Source of the DNA: an uncultured Pelagibacteraceae bacterium
GTDB taxonomy: Bacteria > Pseudomonadota > Alphaproteobacteria > Pelagibacterales > Pelagibacteraceae
Assembly (NCBI GenBank): GCA_902521675.1
Contig: CABYSP010000003.1
Span: forward strand, 4,065-68,064
Length of the DNA: 64,000 nt
Direction of reading: 5' to 3'
The notes beneath the pieces are model-generated. The model saw only the letters and a program-made list of their open reading frames with translations. It had not been told where the DNA came from and made no database searches. Shown piece after piece: positions 58,404-64,000 of the stretch. Position 1 is the stretch's first letter, and every line of letters begins with the position of its first letter. The position numbers were made by a program, and so were the translations under genes.

Positions 58404-59018
58404 TTAATATTGTTGAGTTACAACAATAATTACAGCAATAATTACTAAAACACTCGCAGAAATTGTATTAATTGTTTTTGGATTAGTAGTTATCCACTTT
58501 ATTAGTTTTTGTGCGAGTATTGCGTAGCCAATCAAAGATAAAAAATCTAAAACGATGTAAGTTGTGATTAAAATTACAAATTGAACCAATAAATTAGAAT
58601 TAAAGTCAATAAATTGAGGAAAGATAAAAGGAAAAAACATCCAAGCCTTAGGACTTGTACCAGCAACTAAAAAACCATCTCTAAAAAAAGATAAGTTGCT
58701 TTTTTTTATTTCTCCTTCATTTAAGATGCTTTTTGGTTGAGATTTATAAATATCATAAGCTAAATATAATAAGTAAACTATTCCGATCCATTTAAACGCA
58801 TTAAGTGCCATTGAGTTTTCTGAAAAAAAAGATCCAATGACAAAAATAACTAAAGTTGCCTGAATCAAATTTGCAGTTACGTCTCCTAAAGCAGACCATA
58901 CACATTTTCCAATACCGTAATTCATTGAATAAGAGATAATGACAATCCTTGGAGTTCCAGGTGTAATAAATAAAAAAATAATTATCTGAAGATAAAGTAT
59001 AAAATCTAGGGGGAGCAT
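58404..59018 (-). CDS. LysE/RhtB family exporter
   Basis: ITPGTP, GFLVAGTSPKA, FPQF. Confidence 0.85.
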   Translation of the reverse strand: MLPLDFILYLQIIIFLFITPGTPRIVIISYSMNYGIGKCVWSALGDVTANLIQATLVIFVIGSFFSENSMALNAFKWIGIVYLLYLAYDIYKSQPKSILNEGEIKKSNLSFFRDGFLVAGTSPKAWMFFPFIFPQFIDFNSNLLVQFVILITTYIVLDFLSLIGYAILAQKLIKWITTNPKTINTISASVLVIIAVIIVVTQQY

Positions 59019-59072
59019 AAAAAGAGATAGTCCTTAAAAACCGGGAGCTAAAGATGGCTAAGAAGGACTATC
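59019..59072 (-). ncRNA. candidate cis-regulatory hairpin upstream of the LysE/RhtB gene (possibly the SAR11 'rhtB' motif)
   Basis: Minus strand gatagtcctt ... aaggactatc 10-bp stem, inner agcc/ggtt stem, then tcttttt-ATG. Confidence 0.6.
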
Positions 59073-59135
59073 AGATAGATAATATCAGAGGCTAAAAAAA
59101 ATGCATTAAATATTTTTTTCAAATATAAAGGATTT

Positions 59136-59432
59136 ATGAAAAAAAAAGGTCACAGGCCAATTACTAAAGTCAAAAATCCAGAACCCAAAATGGACGATCC
59201 TGATTGGATCATTTGGGCAGCCTGGGCAGATAGGATAACTTTTGAGGAAATTGAAAAAAAAACTGGGAAAAAAGAATCTGATGTAATTAAAATTATGAGA
59301 AGGTCTCTAAAACCATCATCTTTCAGATTGTGGAGAAAAAGAGTAAATCAAAAAAGTATAAAACATCGCAAAAAGTTTGAATACTCTAGAAAAGAAATTA
59401 CTAGTAAAATTAAAAAAGGTGATTATTTATAG
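59136..59432 (+). CDS. TIGR03643 family protein
   Basis: AWADRITFEEI, VIKIMRRSLKPSSFRLWRKRV. Confidence 0.85.
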   Translation: MKKKGHRPITKVKNPEPKMDDPDWIIWAAWADRITFEEIEKKTGKKESDVIKIMRRSLKPSSFRLWRKRVNQKSIKHRKKFEYSRKEITSKIKKGDYL

Positions 59433-59435
59433 TTT

Positions 59436-59693
59436 ATGAAAAAAATTACCATGTATACAGGTCCTTTTTGTAATTATTGTGAAGCAGCTAAAAGATTATT
59501 AGCAAGAAATAATGCAACATATAATGAAATTGATATTTCAAAAGTTGATGGAGCAATGGATGAAATGATTAAAAAGGCAAATGGTAAAAGAACAATTCCC
59601 CAGATCTTTTTTGATGAAGAGCATATCGGTGGTTATGATGAAGTTAGAGCATTAGAAAAAGATAATAAACTACAAGATCTTCTAAAAAATTAA
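59436..59693 (+). CDS. grxC: glutaredoxin 3
   Basis: CNYC, TIPQIF, IGGYD. Confidence 0.92.
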   Translation: MKKITMYTGPFCNYCEAAKRLLARNNATYNEIDISKVDGAMDEMIKKANGKRTIPQIFFDEEHIGGYDEVRALEKDNKLQDLLKN

Positions 59694-60928
59694 TTCCAAT
59701 CTTCTAAAGCTAATTGTTTTTTAGCTAATAAACTTAAATCCTCTAATTTAACTCTACCTTTGTAATTAATTTCATAATCTTCAGCTGCAAAGTCTGGAGG
59801 ACTTTTTCCCTCCAAAAATTTTTTTGATTGTTTAATTGTATAATCAAGATTTTTTTTACAATAAGGTGTTGCACCCACATAAACTACATTAGAGTAGTTT
59901 TTTCCTGAATGATTATCTTCAACAGCATGAATAACATCAGGGTGCCACCAAACGGTATCACCTGGTTTCATTTTTGGAATTGAGACTAATCCCTTTAAAA
60001 GTAATGAATGATAATCATTATTAACCGATAATGCTCTTCCTATTTTTGATCCACAAAGTTCATCTGCAGGAACATCATCTTGTAAGGCTCTTGTTAAAAC
60101 ATATGCCATTGCTTTTGCTATTGGGATTAATTGTAAAGTACCATCATTAGGACCTTGCTCAGTCAAAGCTGTCCAGCCTTGAAATGTTCTAAAAACATGA
60201 GCTACTGCAGGAGATTCGAATTCGATTGTTCTGTCTCTAAATTTTGCGTCGAATGGCTCATATTTTTTAAAATTATCTGAAAATATATCTTTATAAATTT
60301 CTTGATAATTACTGTCTGTCCATCTTTCAACTGAACCAGCATCACAATGTGGAGACAAGCCTAAAGTGTTGTCACCTGGTTCTCTTCTTCTTACTCTATC
60401 TGCATAAGATAATTCTTTATTTGGATCAAAAACTTTATATTCAGAGTTTTCATATATCCAAAGATTATTTAGCCATTTTTTTACTTTTGCCATTTGCTCT
60501 GAGTGTCTAATTTCAATCTGTGCTCTGGACCAATAAAGACCATAAATTTGAGGTTTTGCAGATTTTAAATCGCTGAAATATTTATCTAAATCTGCCTTCT
60601 TTTTTTGATGTTCAAAATACCCATTTTTTTCAATGTAAGCTTCTAATTCTAAATTTAGGTTATTTATTTTGTTATCTTCAAAAACATCCCTAATAATTAC
60701 ACAACCTCTTCTATGAATAGCATCTATAATGTTTAATTGTGGCTTATTTAATTCATGAAAGTTTATCTCAGGAATTATTTTATTTGACGATTTCTTAAGT
60801 TCTTCAATTTCTCCAATTTCTTTTTTTATAAATTTCTCTATTTTTTTGAAGTTTCGAATATAGTCTTTTGATTTTTTTCTTAATGTTTTTTTTGACGATC
60901 TTATTTGATGAGAAATATCATCAAGCAT
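59690..60928 (-). CDS. YbiU / Gig2 (DUF1479) family protein
   Basis: PQIYGLYWS, YADRVRRR.PGD, HCDAGSVERW, FRTFQGWTAL, WHPDVIHAV. Confidence 0.88.
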   Translation of the reverse strand: MLDDISHQIRSSKKTLRKKSKDYIRNFKKIEKFIKKEIGEIEELKKSSNKIIPEINFHELNKPQLNIIDAIHRRGCVIIRDVFEDNKINNLNLELEAYIEKNGYFEHQKKKADLDKYFSDLKSAKPQIYGLYWSRAQIEIRHSEQMAKVKKWLNNLWIYENSEYKVFDPNKELSYADRVRRREPGDNTLGLSPHCDAGSVERWTDSNYQEIYKDIFSDNFKKYEPFDAKFRDRTIEFESPAVAHVFRTFQGWTALTEQGPNDGTLQLIPIAKAMAYVLTRALQDDVPADELCGSKIGRALSVNNDYHSLLLKGLVSIPKMKPGDTVWWHPDVIHAVEDNHSGKNYSNVVYVGATPYCKKNLDYTIKQSKKFLEGKSPPDFAAEDYEINYKGRVKLEDLSLLAKKQLALEDWN

Positions 60929-60933
60929 TTAAT

Positions 60934-61698
60934 TTACTTAATTGTTATTGTTACTACAGGTTCTTCAGCCCAAATCTGACATAAACTATTTACTTCTTGG
61001 GCTCCAACAGCAGCAGATGTTCCAAATGAAATATCTATTGTGGGTGCAATTAAAGCAACAGTAAATGGTGATGTTAGTTCGTAAACTAATACATGATCAG
61101 CATCAGTACTACCATCTGCATGTTGCGTTTGATATGTGGATGAACCACTGCCTTGTGGATAAGTCTGGTCTTGGTCATCAGTTTTGTTTGAACAATTTGC
61201 AAGATTACATCGGGTATATTGATCGTTAATTAAATAAACATTCATTTCTGCTGCGGTTTGATTATTTGCAACGACTGGCTTATGAGTATATTTATCTGTT
61301 GCCTCATCGGTAACATACATGGTGTCTGTTGAGGCAATTGTTCTACAAGCAGTTGCATTACTTCCTGCTGCTATAGCTGTACTATTTTTTATTACAAATT
61401 TTCTGTCAATAGTAACCCTCATATGTGTATAGGTTTCGCCTAATGGCAATAAAGCAGGATCTCCATAACTAGCAACAGAAGAACCTGCTGAAACTGATGC
61501 TATATCAACAACTTTATCCCCTGAACCTATAACAACTGAATTTTCACAACTTGTAACTCCTGTGCTAGCAGTACATAGTTCAACTTTTCTCATTGTTATT
61601 TTGTAAACATCGGCAGCACCTGTTGCTGAATATGAATTAGTTATAAAAATACAGAATGTAGATGTGATAAAAAAAATAATTTTTATTATTTTATTCAT
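60934..61698 (-). CDS. secreted Thr/Ser/Ala-rich, Cys-containing hypothetical protein
   Basis: Signal peptide; six Cys in the mature part; start overlaps the upstream stop (TAATG). Confidence 0.8.
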   Translation of the reverse strand: MNKIIKIIFFITSTFCIFITNSYSATGAADVYKITMRKVELCTASTGVTSCENSVVIGSGDKVVDIASVSAGSSVASYGDPALLPLGETYTHMRVTIDRKFVIKNSTAIAAGSNATACRTIASTDTMYVTDEATDKYTHKPVVANNQTAAEMNVYLINDQYTRCNLANCSNKTDDQDQTYPQGSGSSTYQTQHADGSTDADHVLVYELTSPFTVALIAPTIDISFGTSAAVGAQEVNSLCQIWAEEPVVTITIK

Positions 61699-62537
61699 TA
61701 ATCAGTCCTTGAAATTGTTGAAGTTCCTTTAAACTCTACCATAATTTTATTATTTCTTTTAACTTTTGTTAAAAGTTCTCCAGTCATATCTTTTTCTTTT
61801 TTCCAAGTGCTTGAATTTATAAATCCATCTTGAAGAGATGATCCAGATCTTGGAGGGTGAACAAATTCAATATGTGCATACCATTCGTCCTCTAAACCTT
61901 TTTTATCTTTATCATCATATGCTAATTCTAAATTAATATTGGGTGTTAACAATAATTCAGATCCTAATTTGGTACCTTTAATATCGTCTCGATCTTTACC
62001 CTCCCATTCATAAGTATTTATAAATATATCCGCCCAATGCAGATGAGGTATTTGCGAAGCTAATCTTAAATCATATCCATCCAGGACTTTCTCATCTTTT
62101 GCATTTGAAATTCCAAAATATTGATTGTATGCAAAATCTAATACAGCGCTTCTGGCCTCAATACCTATGCTAGTTCTTAAATTACCAGCATCGTCAACAT
62201 CTATAAAACTGTTTAACCCAGACATTAAGGTTTTATCTTCACTTAAAAATCTTTGTCCAATTCCAAGATTACCAACTATTCTTTCATCATTATTCTTCTC
62301 AGTATTGAATAATGAAAATTGAGTAAACAAATTTCCTTTTTCAGTTTGTTCAATTTCCCTAACTGCTAAAATACTATAATCAGGCTTACTATTTTCTCTT
62401 AAATCAATACTTACTTCGGTATCACCCTCACCTGGTATTAGATTGCTTATATATTCTGAAACTTTAGCTGAAATTTCATTGCTATGCGAAGATGAAATAA
62501 AAAACAAAGATAAAAAAATTATACTAATTTTTTTCAT
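61698..62537 (-). CDS. inverse autotransporter (intimin/invasin-type) beta-barrel without passenger
   Basis: Signal peptide; NLGIGQR, GLNSFID, RTSIGIE, VLDGYD; ends just after the linker-like VKRNNKIMVEF. Confidence 0.8.
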   Translation of the reverse strand: MKKISIIFLSLFFISSSHSNEISAKVSEYISNLIPGEGDTEVSIDLRENSKPDYSILAVREIEQTEKGNLFTQFSLFNTEKNNDERIVGNLGIGQRFLSEDKTLMSGLNSFIDVDDAGNLRTSIGIEARSAVLDFAYNQYFGISNAKDEKVLDGYDLRLASQIPHLHWADIFINTYEWEGKDRDDIKGTKLGSELLLTPNINLELAYDDKDKKGLEDEWYAHIEFVHPPRSGSSLQDGFINSSTWKKEKDMTGELLTKVKRNNKIMVEFKGTSTISRTD

Positions 62538-62598
62538 AATAATTCTTAAAACAATAAAACCCTAATTTATATAAACTATAATGTATACAATAAAATTA

Positions 62599-62973
62599 TT
62601 AGGTTTTGGGCTTAAAAATTAAGCATGCACCATTGTTACAAAATCTTTTTCCCGTGGGTTCAGGCCCATCATTGAATATGTGACCATGATGGCCTCCACA
62701 TTTTTTACAATGATATTCAGTTCTTGCGTATCCTATGTGGTGATCTGTTTTAGTTTCAAATACATCAGGTAAAGATTTATAAAAAGAAGGCCAACCTGAT
62801 CCACTTTCATATTTAGTATTTGAGTCAAATAATTTTTCATCACAATTTGCACAATGAAAACTGCCTTCTCTCTTTTCATGATTAAGCTCACTTGAACCAG
62901 CACGCTCAGTTCCTTCTTCAAACAAGATTAATTTTTGCTCAGCAGTTAGATTTGGATTTATTTTTTTTGTCAT
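62599..62973 (-). CDS. msrB: peptide-methionine (R)-S-oxide reductase
   Basis: CANC, SGSGWPSF, RTEYHC..CGGHHGHIF.DGP, RFCNNG. Confidence 0.95.
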   Translation of the reverse strand: MTKKINPNLTAEQKLILFEEGTERAGSSELNHEKREGSFHCANCDEKLFDSNTKYESGSGWPSFYKSLPDVFETKTDHHIGYARTEYHCKKCGGHHGHIFNDGPEPTGKRFCNNGACLIFKPKT

Positions 62974-63869
62974 GATCCTATATATTTAGCACAAGATTGA
63001 TGTAACATTGAGTGTAATTCAACAAGTTTATTAAAATCTTTATTATAACCACCGCCCAAAACCCCACAAAATGGAATTCGTTTAGAAAAAAAGTTTTCTA
63101 CAACAAGTTCATCTCTTAATTTAATACCCTCATCAGAAATTTTTAATTTACCTAATCGGTCATTAAAATGAATATCCACACCAGCTATATAAAAAATAAA
63201 ATCAAAATTTTCCTGATTTAACTCTTTTAAATAATGTTTAAGTGTTTTGATATATACGTCATCCTCTAAATTATCCTCTAGCTCTACATCCAGATCACTG
63301 GTTGATTTTTTTGCTGGGTAATTAGTTTTAGAATGCATACTAAAAGTAAAAACACTTCTATTATCTTTGAAAATTTCTGAATTTCCATTCCCTTGGTGAA
63401 CGTCTAAATCAACAATTAAAATTTTATTGGCTAGACCTCTGTTAAGTAAATAATGTGCAGCAACAGCTACATCGTTAAATACACAGTAACCTGCTCCACC
63501 GTTATAACTTGCATGATGGCTGCCTCCTGCAGTATTACACGAAATACCAAAGTTTATCGCAAGTCTTGATGCAAGAACAGTTCCGCCAGTAGCAACTAAT
63601 GATCTTTGAACAACACTATCTACAAGTGGAAATCCAATTTTTTTTACTCCTTCTTTGCTTAAAGTTTTATTTTTTATATCTAAAATATAATTTTTTGAGT
63701 GCGCGTAGCTTAATGTTTCAAATGAGCAGGCTGAAGGTTTATGAAATTTTTTTACTACTTTATTTTGGATTAAGTAGTTTGCTAATTCTCCAAATTTATT
63801 AATAGGAAATTTATGATCATCGCCAATTTTAGCAAAATAATCTTTATGATTAACAACAGGTAGTTCCAT
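62970..63869 (-). CDS. histone deacetylase family amidohydrolase
   Basis: HKFP, AGGSHHA, GYCVFND, DLDVHQGNG, AGVD, GGGY; ATG at 63869 preferred. Confidence 0.88.
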   Translation of the reverse strand: MELPVVNHKDYFAKIGDDHKFPINKFGELANYLIQNKVVKKFHKPSACSFETLSYAHSKNYILDIKNKTLSKEGVKKIGFPLVDSVVQRSLVATGGTVLASRLAINFGISCNTAGGSHHASYNGGAGYCVFNDVAVAAHYLLNRGLANKILIVDLDVHQGNGNSEIFKDNRSVFTFSMHSKTNYPAKKSTSDLDVELEDNLEDDVYIKTLKHYLKELNQENFDFIFYIAGVDIHFNDRLGKLKISDEGIKLRDELVVENFFSKRIPFCGVLGGGYNKDFNKLVELHSMLHQSCAKYIGS

Positions 63870-63871
63870 TT

Positions 63872-64000
63872 TTATTCTAAAACTCTGATAGGCTTTCCAT
63901 TTACACAAGCCTCTAGTCCCTCAATCATTTGGTTATAAAAAATGCTATAATTTTCAGCTGTTACATAACCTATGTGCGGGGTAAGTAGTGCATTTGGTAA
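63872..64000 (-). CDS. C-terminal part of a D-isomer 2-hydroxyacid dehydrogenase (runs off window)
   Basis: Manual translation LPNALLTPHIGYVTAENYSIFYNQMIEGLEACVNGKPIRVLE*; TPHIG motif. Confidence 0.8.
   Translation of the reverse strand, partial: LPNALLTPHIGYVTAENYSIFYNQMIEGLEACVNGKPIRVLE

Noticed and set aside
2880-63802. Numerous 60-105 aa ORFs antisense to or nested in long genes (e.g. 2880-3083, 4252-4557, 26913-27188, 30152-30469, 38790-39104, 46442-46717, 62733-62921)
   Set aside because: Largely or fully overlap well-supported CDSs, often have TTG/GTG starts, and show no motifs
63870-63908. Extended start of the histone deacetylase family ORF
   Set aside because: Overlaps the 3' end of the upstream dehydrogenase; ATG 63869 follows its stop directly
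1-64000. CRISPR array, tRNA/rRNA, IS element, prophage or defence system
   Set aside because: No spaced direct repeats, cloverleafs, transposase, integrase or phage structural genes seen; intergenic spaces are too short to hide them

Overview
Very AT-rich, densely packed alphaproteobacterial chromosome segment whose gene content and short intergenic spacers strongly suggest SAR11/Pelagibacterales (inference). It is dominated by uptake and catabolism of small nitrogenous solutes: the end of an N-methylglutamate (glxC/glxD, glnT/gmaS) cluster with an embedded Amt transporter; housekeeping genes (phrB, zapE, bamB-like, acnA); agmatinase plus ALDH; a Pot-type ABC system next to ectoine-hydrolase-like and EutA-like genes; an accessory block (about 29-44 kb) of oxygenases, an aldolase, an orphan ProV and a luciferase-like monooxygenase (LLM) operon resembling the trigonelline (Tgn) pathway; two Liv-type ABC systems flanking csiD/glaH; and a passenger-less inverse-autotransporter barrel coupled to a secreted protein. 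No tRNA, rRNA, CRISPR array, IS or prophage was seen. Best leads: (i) a riboswitch-like leader with two mutually exclusive helices (38034-38116) ahead of a Tgn-like operon carrying a divergent LLM and an Xsc-like ThDP enzyme; (ii) RBS-sequestering hairpins ahead of amt and the LysE/RhtB gene; (iii) two microproteins missed by the ORF track; (iv) a possible split type Ve secretion pair. All family assignments come from motif recognition by eye; no searches were run.
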